This document shows positions 1-12,959 of a stretch of DNA of 52,551 bases, piece by piece. The stretch is from assembly GCA_025201805.1 (NCBI GenBank), contig MU619268.1, positions 177,267 to 229,817 of the forward strand, given 5' to 3'. The DNA is from Parasitella parasitica NRRL 2501. Taxonomy: Eukaryota; Fungi; Mucoromycota. The first letter of the stretch is position 1; every line of letters starts with the position of its first letter. Under the pieces are notes generated by a model. It searched no databases, was not told the origin of the DNA, and saw only the letters and a program-made list of their open reading frames with translations. The position numbers and the translations under genes were made by a program.

Positions 1-538
1 CCACTCACCATCTGCCACTTTCCACTTTCCACTTTCCACTTAACTTGAGGACGCTTCGACTTCATAATTCCTGCATATCTGCTCATTTTCATAGATCTTT
101 CTTAAAATTGTTCAATTTCACCAGTGTTGCTCAAAAAAATTAAAAGGGGATAGACTGTACTTGTGTAAAAATATATGTGTCTGTGTGTGCCTCCAGTTCA
201 ATAATCAATGTCTTGCAACAATTTGGCCATTTAAACTGATAATTAAACATATCAAGGAAAGCTTTGCTGGTTATCCAGTAAAGCAATTTAATGATTGTTT
301 AAGCCCACAACCCATATAAAAAGTAAAGCTTTTGATCTGCCATAATTATAGACAGGAGATCATGGCAATGTACTTCAATTGAAGATTGAAGATTGTCTAA
401 TGATGTGATGTGATACGCTTGTGTAAATTGGAGAATAAAGTCTCTGTTTCAAATCAAGAAGGCTATTCCTGCAAGTAATACAGATCTGAGCACCAGGATA
501 AAGGTTAAGGCACTGTCAGATTAAAGACGTGTAGCCCT

Positions 539-764
539 TGTTGTATAACCTATTATCGTACCCTGTCAAGTATAGATTGTCACTGTGAATTAGTCTTGTC
601 AATTAGTAATCTAAATAAGTCACCATAAATTTATGTAGTTGTAAAAAGTATAAATAGCAAATGCAAAGTTGAATCTTTAATAAAGTAACCTCAAGTTTCC
701 GTATCTCGTTAATTCAACGTTTTATTTTATACTTTTCTTATTTTCGATCTTGCAGATCTCAACA
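539..764 (+). mobile_element. Possible solo-LTR-like segment abutting the broken end of the LINE relic
   Basis: Starts TGTTG and ends CAACA (5-bp terminal inverted repeat). Contains TATAAATA (~649) and AATAAA (~679). LINE homology stops exactly at 765. No target-site duplication found. Confidence 0.3.
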
Positions 765-1750
765 CAGGCAGCCAACCAAGGTGCCAACGGAGAATTTGAC
801 TACGTTTGATATTTGTCATCGGCAAGAATTGGATCTATAATCATTTCTGGGCGGTAAGCAGATATCAATTTGGAGTTCGTGCCAGCGCAAAGGGCTTCAA
901 AACTATCTTCAAGAAATTGTTGTTTGAGTCTTTTGAAAGTACGTTGGTCAAGATCATTAATAATCGGGACGCATTCTTTCCATAGTGGATTGCTAGTCGA
1001 TTTGCACCAAATAGAACGGCTGGCCGAAAATTGAATATGTGGAAGTAATAGCTGAAGTAGTGTATCATCGAGCAAATTAAGGAAGCGAATGATGTATTTA
1101 GTTTGGAGGATCCTAGACCTGTCTGTCATTGATGGCTATTGTACCAGATACAACATAAATCTTGTAGAAGATTTAGGAGAACCACCGAAAATGCGACGAA
1201 TACATTCATTTTTGACAAGCTTCAAGTTTTTTGAAATGTCCAAGACTTAGTGCACTTATAGCAAAACCATATTCCATTTAAGAACAAATCATTTGAACAT
1301 AGAAACGAACTGAAAGTAATCGATTAAATCCTTTGGAATTGACACAAATTGCTGCAATTTGGTTCATAGCTTTCCTGGCTTTCATAGTATTGCTATTGAC
1401 AAGAGCAGAAATATCTACATAGCCTCCTGGTTTGATGGGGATCACAAGGTATGAGAAACAAGCTTCTCGGGGTAGTGGTGTATTATAGAGAGTATATGGC
1501 TGTTCATCCACAGTAGGTGCGACAATAACACATTTGGAGGGACTCCAGCGGTAGTCTAGCCTATGGCTATGCTCCTCGCATAGATGTAATAGGGACTGCA
1601 TCTCGGCTGCGGGTGCTATCAATATCACATCATCTGCATATAATAGCGATGTAATTGTTGGTCCAAAGTTTGTTGCATTTGGACGGTCTGCAAGAACAAG
1701 AGGCTGAGGTCGAAGCAGTTTGGGAGATCATTGATGTAGAATGAGATATA
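765..1750 (-). mobile_element. Degenerate non-LTR (LINE) retrotransposon RT fragment, frameshifted and truncated at both ends
   Basis: Minus-strand translation gives FYINDLP (~1725-1745), LLYADDV (~1626-1646), WSPSKC, FSYLVIP and a C-terminal RSQILRWHLGWLP (765-804), with stops and frameshifts in between. Confidence 0.85.
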
Positions 1751-1884
1751 CAGTGTTTCGTCTAAAAAAGGTATTCTTGCTTTCTAAATTATTTTTTCCG
1801 TCCGAGAAGTTTCCAGAATTAAAGTTCAAATAAGTACTGTTTGCACTGGCTTTTTTCCCGTCTATTTGTCAGCCAAATCTTTGT

Positions 1885-4812
1885 ATGGATAAGAGAAGTA
1901 CACCTCGTGCAGGAAATAAATCTGAGGATTCAAACAAAAAGACAAACCGACGAGTAACAAGAGCGTGGTATATAAATATGCCAATTGCATATATCAATTT
2001 CAAAATAACATGTCGATAGTGATTTTTGCCGTCGTAGAAAGGTAAAGTGCACCTTCCAAGAGGGAGATATCTGCTTAAATTGTCAAGCTTACAATGAGAA
2101 ATGTCAATTCACGAAAGTGTGAGTGATTAAATGTGTGTGTTTTTTTTCTTCATTCTCATGCCCATCTAAAAAATAAAATTGTTTTTCAAACAGTGCTAAA
2201 AAGAGAGGACCACAGAAAGGGTAAACTTCACTCCACAGCGCACTTGGATTTACAGATTTGCATATTAACTGAATTCGTAGTTATGCAGATGATTTAGAGG
2301 AGCGTATCGAGCAAATGGAAAGCATCATACAACAAGCATCCAAGCAAAAGAAAAGGAAGAACATGGCTGCTCTCATTAATCCCGAGATACAAAAGAATAA
2401 GCTGCTCGTTCAACGTAGATTTCGATCCAAAAACCAGCCTAACACAGATCCACCAGGCTTGCTGTCTAATATATTTGAAGAATATGCTGTATTAGATCCT
2501 CGCAGCTGGCCTTCTGGAGTAGCTTACGACAGCATATATTATTTGGGAGATTTATCAGCGCTGCAGTTCTTGTCCAAAAAGATCAATACATGCAACCAAC
2601 AGAAATGGCAAAGACATTTCATTAAAAAATTTGGTGATGATGTTGTGCTTGTGGCAGATGCTGGCCTCAGCAACCCCAAGTCGAGTAAAATACCAGACTT
2701 TCAATGGCCCGAAGACATTCATTCATCAAAAGAAGATATTCACAAGTACATTTACACAGTAACCGGAATCGATAGATACACGGCTGTTCGACTGCTGAAA
2801 ATGTAAACAATGCGATATTTGAATATCAATATGGTTTTTATTCATTGTATAACATTTAGTTACTTTTCACACATTCACCCAATATTACCAGTGATCGACA
2901 AGACTGAATTCATCAAACAGTATCGGGACAGAGTCGACACCTATCCTTCAGGGGAGCTGCTGAATGCCATGTTTGGCGCAGCTGCTCGGTTTGTTGAATG
3001 CGAAAGCGTTGAACCGGAAAAGAAAAAGAGTCTGCCCTCTGATGCTATTTGGGATGTCCCTGTAGGGTGGTCCAACAAGTTTTTTGATCAAGCAGAATAC
3101 ATCATATCAAAGTGGCCCACCAATCCCACCATTTCGAATGTGCAAGCGATTATTCTCATATTGAATCATCGTGGAGATCGAGATTCCAAATCATCTGCCT
3201 GCTGGCAATTAGGAGGCTTTGTAGGTTTTCTGCTGCATTTTTATTTTTAATTCCTCACATTTGATAATGACAAGTATGTAGGCTATTCGAATGGCTCAAT
3301 TGTTAGGTTTGCATCGTAATTGTGATAATTGGGAAATCCCCAGAAATGAAAAAGAGACTCGGAAAAGAGTATGGTGGGCATTGTATATTACAGATAGATT
3401 CCAAACAGCAATCTTGGGTAGGCCTATTAATCTTAGGGATGAGGTTAGCAGCGTAGCATATATATTGTAAAAATTCTTGAAATTAATACCATTAATAGGA
3501 CAATAATGTGCCATACCCTGATGCTGGGGCAGACATCGAAGAAGTCATGGACGCTTATGAAGCAGATCGATATAAGATCCAAAATTGCCAAGTTTTTCCT
3601 CGATTTCCGTCGCTCACAACGCCGTATGATACAACATCGAACGGCAGCAATCGCCCACAGATTTACGAGCTATTCATTCAGTTTATAAAGCTCTCTGAGA
3701 TTCTGGGGCGAATTTTAACGGGATTGCATTCACCTAAAGGACGAGTGTACAGCTCCGAACATGGTAGTGATGGGTTAATCACTCGACTTGATTTTGAGTT
3801 GACTGAATGGAGATACGCATTTCCAACTTCACTAAAGAGTATCAATCTGCCTGATTTTAACGAAGACAATGGCCATTTTGCACCGGCTACAGCATCGGTT
3901 TTGCTGTTTTACTTTAGTACTTTGATCCTGTTGCATCAGCCTTTCATTCAAAAGACAGCATCGCGATCGTCCAATACTTCGCAGCAAATCTGTGCCAGTG
4001 CTGCTACTCGAGGCATGCGAATTGCCTCTCGGTTGTCAGCCAGAAACTTTTTGATGTGTCCCTATTCATTTACCTTGTATCCAATTATGCAATTTGGCAT
4101 CATCCACATGTACAATGGCAAGAATCCTGATCCTCACATATCAGGAGTGGCCAAACAGTATCTAAAAAGAGGAACAGACTTGCTGCAGCGATTGCAGCAC
4201 ATGTCCAAAACTGCAAATCGTATGCACATTGTTTTTAAAAGCATAATGGAAAACGCAGATTTCCATGCTGCTGAAGACGACAATGTGGAACGTAATTTAG
4301 CAGAAGAAGAAAACCATTTGGAAGAGAATATCCGAAGAATCAAAGAAAGAGAAAAGCTCAAATTTGCTGAAAGATCTTCCATGAAACGTATTATGGATTC
4401 TGTCATGTTGCAAAAACCGTCATATGAAGCACCTGCGCCTGCCAGAAATACTACTCCATCTTCTGGCATCCCACCATTCGACGTGATTGAAGAAGCATTT
4501 ACGCTCACGCAATTTGGTTATAATACAACAAATGATACAAGCGCTTTAGATTATATCTTGCAAAATGTCACTGCCTTGTCTGGATTTACAGAACACATCA
4601 ATGAATATTCCTTACAGCAATCTGAATTCACTTCAAACGTGCCGCCGCCACCTCCACCACCACTGACCACTGCCACAATAGCAACACCGCATATACCAAC
4701 TAATCAGGAACAAACAAACATATTTAAAAACGACCCTAATAATGTATTTTGGGATCTACCCGCGGCTTTTGATTGGGATCAGTTGAGCCAGTGGTTGAAT
4801 AATGTGCAATAA
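1885..4812 (+). CDS. Zn(II)2Cys6 (Gal4-type) transcription factor with fungal-specific TF middle domain; 7 exons
   Basis: Spliced N-terminus reads RVTRAC|DFCRRRKVKCTFQEGDICLNCQAYNEKCQFTKVAKKRGPQKG. Followed by YFSHIHPILPVIDK and EKETRKRVWWALYITDR motifs. All introns are GT-AG; stop at 4810-4812. Confidence 0.93.
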
Positions 4813-5129
4813 ATGTAATCATAACGATATGACATTTCCCCCCCCCCCTCAATACATTCCAGAGTTCTGTTTTAGCAAGCATATTTAAAAAAAAAAAAAA
4901 AAAAAAAATTGTATTCAGTCCTGAAGGAATTTCAACCCCTTTTCTTCCTGTCAATGATATAAAACACTATACTAGATTTACCAATATATGGTTTATTAAT
5001 ATGTTTACATTTTTATTTGTCACAATTAAATAATAAAATGTTCGGAACAATTAGAGAAACGTAGTGTATTAGGTATAGATAAACAGATAATTTACAAAAT
5101 GAAGAAAAAGTCTATAATATAATTTTTTT

Positions 5130-7515
5130 TTACAATGTAATGACGCTTGGATTGCCATTGAATGGATGTCGCCAGCCACATTGAAATTCGTCTTTTCGAT
5201 ACACTCTGTCTGCACTGGTGGATGTATTGTAACCAATGTGATACATCAGCAAGGTTTTGCTGGTAACTAATGAATCGGTGCAACTGGAACATTCTGTCAA
5301 GTCGCCCATCAAACATTTCTGAATGATGATATCTGGTGGCATGTCCACATAAGTCAATAGTAATTTGGATGCTAAACGAGCTAAATCAGGCTTCAGAAAG
5401 AGGCCACTGTTAAAAATGGAAGGGTAAGGAAAGAGATACCAATAATTTACATATACTTCTTACCTGCCACCTGTACCGACAAATATGCCACAATGATGAG
5501 GAGCATTCTTTTCTGCCTTGTAAATGACATTTTCAATGTCATGCCATTCATGAGCTCCACAAACAGGGAAGTCGTCCTCCATCAGAGCATAATAAGTGCT
5601 TTGGTAGGTCTCTGTGGCAAAATCCAGAGCCTTGGATACATGTAAACGTTGATTCCAACCAACCCCTTCCTCACGAATCCATTTTAAATATTGTTGACCC
5701 TTTGTGGTGTTGGAGAAGTGCTCTTTTGCGAGATCATACTGAGAATGGTTCGAAAAGTGTGTGTAAATGATGGCCTGCATACGGTTGTACGGTGAGCTGG
5801 GTGATGGGTGTTCAGGCCAATTCTCCAGATAAGATTCGATTGTTCTCGTCAAATAAGCAGGATCGCCGCGGCGAGGGGCTGTCATGAATACAAACGTAAA
5901 CAAGTATCGATCTTGAGAGATTGCGTTGAGTTCTGCAGAACTGACCATTGACTCACGAGTGTAGTATGAATTCCAGGCCATTAAAATAGGCAATGTCAAG
6001 CCAATCACTACAAAGCACTTTTGCACAGAAGACCACAGCAGGCGCCAAAGAGGAGTGCGACGATAATGCTCCAATGTTATAAATTCGCTGACGTCCTTTA
6101 CCTTTGATGAATCTTCACGCTTTTGCCAAGCCAAAAGTGCTTGTAATGTAATTGTGCTGAGTAATCCCATGATCAAGCCGGAAACAGACCACCAAAGAAT
6201 ATTGCTGTTGGTGTAGTTGACAAGGCACATGAAAAGCTGGAGTGTCACTTTACGCACAGTTAGTTTATGGTTGGAATCTTCTTGACCATAAATCAAAATG
6301 TACTTGTCGTCGATGCTGAGAGACTGCACTACGAGAAGCGCAAATAAAAAAGGAGAAAGGCCTGATACAATAACGTTAGTCATGTTGGAATACAATGACA
6401 ATAAAAGTTACAAACAAACCTTGTGAGCATTCATGCATCGTATTGCTAAAAAATAGAGTTGGAAAAGCATAGCCTGTAGACTTTGAGAATAAGAGACCCA
6501 GACATACTCTTAGCAGGGAGACAGACGCAAACAAAAACACTAAAAGCTGGACGAATCTCCTTGTACCACCCACCATATGCGCTAGGGATTCTTCAAATAA
6601 GCCCAATATCAAAACGTTCCAGCCAAAAAGAGCCATGGTAGGCAATGTCCAGTCGAATAAAAATGGAGAGAAAATCATATTCTTAAAGTCAAAACGGTAA
6701 ACAACAAAAGAAGGTGCAGAGCACGATAAATCCAAGATGTGAAAGCAATCGAGAGTCGACACAATCAAGGCGACCAAAATCATATACCGAGTGACCGTAG
6801 GCAGTGGCCACAAGCAGAGTAACTTTTGCGATTTACTTTTTTGTTGTTCTTCTTGCAATTGTAAGAAATTGTGATGGTGTGTAGGCTGCTGTTTGCGCAA
6901 TAATGAACCTGGGAAAAGGTGCCCTGGTGGATTTGTAGTGCTATTGAATGACGATTGACGGGTACGATGGTGACGAATTGTGTATTTTGAGTTCTTTCTT
7001 GTATGCGTTTTTACTGCTGGAGAAGGTGCTGTGTTAGTTTGCGTAGTATTGGAGGCAGTAAACACATTTCTAAAGTCAGAAGGTTTATTGCAAGGTTGTA
7101 AGTTTGGTGAAGTGATTGCGCTGAAAGTGATGGGTATATGACAAGGAGTAGTCGACCAACAAGGCAAAGTTTTTTGTTGTTGTTGCTGTACTGCAGAAAA
7201 AGCAGGTTGACGTTGGTGTATGTGCTGCTGATGTATGTATGTATGCTGCTGCTGCTCTTCTTGTTTGTGCTCTGGTTCGAGTTCGATTTTCTCGTTTATT
7301 TGGGTGGTTTCCAATAGTATGCCATTATTTGGGTCAATATCATCACTTGTCAAATCAGAGGCATTGCTCGGTGCAGATGTTTCCTCAATAGTAAGAATGG
7401 ATTCTTCTGCTGAATTAGGAGTCGCTGTATTGGTTGCTGATGATTGGTTTGACCTCGTAACTTCTTGAACAAGTCTGACAGAACCAAACATTTTATAAAA
7501 AAGAGAATCGCTCAT
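5130..7515 (-). CDS. Multi-pass membrane protein: low-complexity N-terminus, rhomboid-like TM bundle, C-terminal GT-A glycosyltransferase (MGAT4/GT54- or PGAP4-like)
   Basis: Three ORFs are joined in frame by GT-AG introns at ~6362-6419 and 5407-5463. TM region includes QGLSPFLFALLVVQ. GT motifs: FMTAPRR..YLTRTIESYL, YYALMEDDF, LMYHIGYNTS. Confidence 0.75.
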
Positions 7516-8759
7516 TCTCCTTCTATGTATTTTGCAAAATCAAAAAACCTTGTTTCTAGGGTAACCGAAAACTTCAATCTTCTTTTTCTTTGTTTCACCA
7601 AATAAGAAAAAAAAAAGTAGGGAAGAGAATGAAAAGAAAGAGGGAAAGAAGGGGTAAAAATAGTGTCGTTCTAAAGAGACAAAGAGACCGAAAAAAAACA
7701 ACAAAAAAAAAAAAAACTTTATTCGCAGCCCTCCACACATAATTTGCTTCTGGTGTGCTTTTTTCTTTTTGTGACCCAATAGCAGTTATTCCCAGGTGAT
7801 CGCCAAGTACTTGATACGGTAACTAAGTCTTATTAGTGGTTGCTAACATTTATTTAAAAGGCCAGACATTACGTAAATGGTACTACCGGTAATAGATTAT
7901 TGATTGTGGCCAAAAAGATAGCCATGACACTACATGTCTCTTACAAAACACCTTACCATTTCTGACACAAGTGTGCTCCTTCCTGTCAAAAAACATTCGC
8001 ACTGGAAAAAAATGGTACACCTCCACAGTTGTTCCATTGTCACTTTGCGCTTCCTTGAAAACTTTATAGCATCTCGAACGGAGATGCTAATTTTACAAAA
8101 CTTTCCTCCAAATGAATAAAAAAGGCCAACGGACCAAGTAAGCAGAGTGCCAGGAAGACAAATTTGGCCCTCATGTAAAGTTTTGTTGAAATAAGCTATA
8201 CCTTAATATCTGAATTTTGTCTTGGTCCCTGGTTTGTATAATAACCCTTAATTTCTTTCGAATCAATATTTGTATCAAAATGTCAACCTAAAATAACTAT
8301 TAAATAATGATTGACAAGAATCAGCTCGCCTGATTTCAGATCAAGAAAATGAAGTACCTATTGCCGCCTCCTCTTCTAGCAGAAAAGGCAAAGAAAAGGA
8401 GAAAACTGGTAATGATAGAGGCTAAAAATTTCTGCCTTCTGAAGATAAGCAATTATACAAATCATGGTTGTTTATTTTCATTGATCCAACCATGGGTAAT
8501 AGCCAAAAAGGGAGTACTTGGTGGGAACGTATCGTCAACCATTAGCAAAAACAAATTCCTGATATCGCAAGAAGTAGCACTTCCTTGGAGTTTCGTTGGA
8601 GAGATATTTCAAAGCATGTCTCGAAGTATTGCGGGTTCTTGGCCCAGTGTAGTCAATCTCCCAGAAGTAGAGAGAGTGAAGAGGATGTTATAAGTATTCT
8701 ATATGCTATAAACTAGATCAACTAGTGATTTCTTTTATCTGCATTAATAAAACAGAGCA

Positions 8760-9200
8760 TTAGAATTCTATGCCGACGAGTTCAAAAAGTCATTTGATTT
8801 GATGACCGCTATAATATCCTTTCTGGATTTCCAAAGTGGGTGATGCTGTGAGTACTTCCTCACAACGTGCCGCTCGTCGGTCAAATGCCGCTGAGGGAAT
8901 TGGCTAAGGCGCTGATGATGCTTTCCAACTTCCTGAAGGGCGTAACCAGGCCAAGGATAAGGGAAAGCAGAAGCATCGCTTGGAAAAGATATGTTTGCGG
9001 AGCTGGCATCTTGTCAACGTTTGTTGCATTAGAATCAGGAAAAACGATTCAAGCAAATGGAAGAATTTATTGAATTTAAAAAAGAAAAATTCGAGATAAT
9101 GAAGGAATTTGAGAGGGAAAAGATGAGGATAAAGTACTTTAAGGAAGCAAACGGGAAAGATAACGATGATACTTGTTAAATTTACGGTAATTTTGTTCAA
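8760..9200 (+). pseudogene. Decayed accessory (Myb/NAM-associated-type) ORF of a PIF/Harbinger element
   Basis: PEGRNQAKDKGKQK (RPxGRKxAK-like) followed by a charged helical tail. It is convergent with the transposase relic and carries multiple stops. Confidence 0.4.
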
Positions 9201-9204
9201 ATTA

Positions 9205-9540
9205 TTAGTTTACAACAATGTAGTTCAATTCTCTTTTATTCCCATGGTTTCCCCAAAGATGAGCAACGATATCTTTTGGATATGAAAAATAACTAGTCGC
9301 ATCACATTTAGTAATCGGATTCTTCCAATTTTCAAAGCAGGATTCAACAAAGTAATCATCACTAAGATAACCTTTATCCGGTTCATCCTCTACAATCATA
9401 TTATGCAATATAATGCGAGCCTTCATTATGAACTTTGAGACTATTGTCTTGCAGGGCCGGCTACAATATTCCAGCAGTCTTGTTATACACCAAAGGCTCT
9501 CTCAACATCTCATCGATTACCCCCCTAAGCTTCAATGAAT
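9205..9540 (-). mobile_element. PIF/Harbinger transposase C-terminal relic
   Basis: DVERAFGV*QDCWNIVAGPAR followed by MKARIILHNMIVEDE, the classic Harbinger DDE C-terminus; disrupted. Confidence 0.85.
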
Positions 9541-9646
9541 TTTTAGGTATTTAGAAATTATAACTAAACATTATTAAATTTGCATTGCATATGCATGTGA
9601 TGCTATAATTACCGAAATGCCTTTAAATGCCTACAAGTAATTTGCC

Positions 9647-10040
9647 TCAACGAATTCTGAAGTACCTGGGCTGAACGCAGATTTTTGACTAGGTAAAATC
9701 CAGGGCATATGTCTTACATTTTCTGAGACAGAACCTGTAGTTGAAGAGTATGTAGTAATTCGTAAATGGTGTAATCGACCTGGACATCAGAGCCGATCTC
9801 ATAGAGACTGTAGGGCTAGGATAAGGTCAACTTCTAATGTTATAATTGGCCCTTCGTGTGGAAGATAGGGCCATCAAAGACAATCTGCATTTTGATTCCG
9901 AGATTAAATTTAAAAAATTGCATGAATGATACTGGAAACCGCAATGCAGATTTTGGCCAAAATGTCTATCTATTAAGATTTTGATAGACAGTGAAATTTC
10001 TTGGTGGGAAGATAATGCAGGCCATTACACCCATAATAAT
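9647..10040 (+). mobile_element. Internally deleted Helitron relic, copy 1
   Basis: Colinear with 22459-23040 (identical TCAACGAATTCTGAAGT plus further blocks). Zinc-knuckle-like KWCNRPGHQSRSHRDC and PSCGR*GHQR, then a C-terminal SIKILID...GHYTHN. Confidence 0.65.
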
Positions 10041-10749
10041 TGCACTTTCTCAAGTCTTCAAAAAATACTTTCTTTAGAAAACAAAAATATGAATATGATA
10101 AACACCAACAAGCTAACCAGCTCGCTTGACTAAAAAACTACCCATAATATTTGATAGTTGATCGTCACTGATGTATCAATTCTAAAACCAGATGTCAATA
10201 TGGGGAAGCTGAAAATGACATAACATTTGGGGTAGATACAATCTACCATCATCATATTTATTCGCTCTTACTTTACAGAAAGCCTTTTGGAAGTAACGAA
10301 GTAATGTATAGGCGAGTATAGCAAAGAAGTTTGGTGGGATATGTATTAGATCGCGAAAGTTACATGGAGGATAAGATGTGGTCTTGTTATAGATCAGCAT
10401 ATAAATGGAGTTATCACATAAAAAGAATCTCCATTTTGCTGATTGCTGCTGGATAGTAGGGACATCACACTTACGCGAAGCAATATTATGTTGAAAGGTA
10501 CAAGAAGATCTGTTTTTGACTTTTGGCTGAATGCAAAATCAAAGCTATCTGATACACTTGTTATTTTCATAATTAGCAGATATTTTACTAAATAGGCGGT
10601 AGTAATTAAAATAATAGCCTAAAAAACTTTTGGGAGATGAAATATAGATAAATATGACAGGCAACTGTATTCAGACAGACCATAATGGTTATATTGAATC
10701 TTTTTTTTTTTTTATTAACAATTACTGTATATTTAGCATTTATTTATCA

Positions 10750-11926
10750 TTACAAGAAATAATCAGGTGTGCGTCGAGTAACATGAGGTTCACCTTTTCT
10801 TGGTGCAGGGTCAAATTGAAGGCTAGAGAAAATCGGCTCGTTAGACATTTCCATTAACAAACTGATAATCATCATATACTTACAACGTGTATTTCATATG
10901 CTCATCAATTTCCATGATGGCAGCCTGATTACCACAACGATAACAGTAATTAGGTGCACTAAAGATTGTTACAACATTACGATCCTGTGTCCAATTGTAA
11001 CCCTAATTATCCAAAACAATGCACATCATTAAAATCTCATGTACAATACTAGCAAGGAAAGATAGAATATATACCTCCATTACAAGCTGATGAGCTCTTG
11101 CTACCAAAGTAAGACCATTGTTATGATTGAAGGTCTCTGAGATATCTTGACCGAAGGTATAACCAGCACCACGAGGAGATATACCCCAACCACATCTATC
11201 ATCTGGGTCAGACCACAAAAGATCACACATGGGACCTTCATGAGGAACCTCTTGAATTCTGTCCAACGAACGAATTTGTTCCAATGTATCGATCGATGGT
11301 GATAAACCACCATGCAAGCAAAAGATTTGATCCTCAATCAAAGCCGTCAAGGGCAAGAAATCAAACAAGTCTGTAAACATTTTCCAGACATTGGCGTTTC
11401 CGTATTTTCTCAAACATTCATCGTAAAAGCCGTATACTTGAGTGATTTGGCGAGATTCATGATTTCCGCGCAGAATAGTAACACGATCCTTATATCTTAC
11501 TTTGAGAGACACTAATAGAGTGACAGTTTCAACAGAATAATAACCTCGATCGACATAATCGCCCATAAATAAGTAGTTTGTATCAGGCGAATTGCCACCG
11601 ATTCTAAAAAGCTCTTGTAAATCGTGAAACTGGCCATGAATATCACCTACGCTTATCATCAGGCTTTTGTTTCGATTTTACGTTATAAAGCAATTTTACC
11701 ACAGACTGTAACAGGGCAGCGAACAGGTTGTACATTTGACTCTTCCAAAAGGATTTCACGCGCCTTTTTAGTGTATTATTAACAAACACGCACACGAAGG
11801 CACACACAAACTCGACGCGCTTACTTTATCACAGAGTTTCTTAATGTCACTTTCAGAAAGTTGCTTACAATCTTCGAGTTGAGTTATCCAGGCATCAACA
11901 TCAGCTACTGAACTCGAGGTAGACAT
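10750..11926 (-). CDS. PPH21: Protein phosphatase 2A catalytic subunit; 5 exons
   Basis: GDIHG, GDYVDRG and RGNHE motifs, [11 protein letters not shown], and the diagnostic C-terminus RRTPDYFL*. Confidence 0.97.
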
Positions 11927-12959
11927 AATATGCAGGAGATTAGATTAAACACAGGCTGTGTGTATGTGCTTGTTTTTGTTGCTGTTTGGTATAAGAAATC
12001 CTTTCTTTAGTGGTTATTAATACTTGACTAGATCAAACGCGTTTCAAGTACAATAACAGAAATTTACCAGAGAAAAAAACAAGGATATATAAGAATAGCC
12101 GAGAAAAGGGAGAGAGAGAGAGAGGAGGGAGGGGGGGGGGGAAAAAGAAAGCTCTCCAATGCACCGATTGTATGAGTTTGTGCGAGTCTTTTTATGGTTG
12201 TCTCTGTAGTTGAGTCACACAGTTAAAATCTGCCACACCTTTGCTACCTTTATAAAGCCATTAGAACAAAGCCCCCAAGAGATACCTATCATACTCATAA
12301 TAATGTTGTATTGCAAGTATTTCGTTTAGCTTTGATTCAATCGTGCTTTTAGGAGATCAAGAAGTCTCGTCTGGATCGATAAATCATGTATTAATTGACC
12401 AGTCAGTTTTTCTGGATCAAACAGTATTGTAAGAGTATCACCTTTTCGGATCATGTGAACGAGGCTACTAGCATAGTCAGCGTTTAATGCAAGAAAAAAT
12501 TGGCTCATTAAACCAATTTTCAACTTTTTTTTAAAGAAGCCATCAAGATTTTCGGGACTTTATCTACTTCAGTAGTGCTCCAAAAAATATTTATCACTAT
12601 GAAAAATGTAGTGATACAGGTTTTCTGCACTTCAAGGGGTGGGGGGGGGGGAGGAGAGGTAGAAGGTGGCCATCAACGTCAAGTGTAAACATAGATATCG
12701 ATGTGTCTTTCATTTCGATATTACCGCACCCTGTATAGCATTCACTCGCTCGTTTTGTTCCAGTCCACCTTTTTCCATGATTCAATGATCGCTTTCTTTG
12801 GCAGTTTGCTGCAAACATCGATGAACGTCATCTTTTGCTCTGTGCAACCACAGCAGCATTTACTTTTATGTCTACATGATGGATAGAAAAAAAAAAGGCC
12901 TTTTTTCTTTTGTTTTTCTAGAAAATAAAATCAATTACTAAGACCCATCTTGTAACAAA

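Noticed and set aside
15-41. (CCACTTT)x4 as a telomeric repeat
   Set aside because: Under four full units, internal position and no array; an ordinary minisatellite.
4134-4508. Antisense ORFs over real genes (also 30066-30329, 33424-33804, 34947-35354, 39900-40190, 45612-45872)
   Set aside because: Shadow frames of coding strands with no independent motifs.
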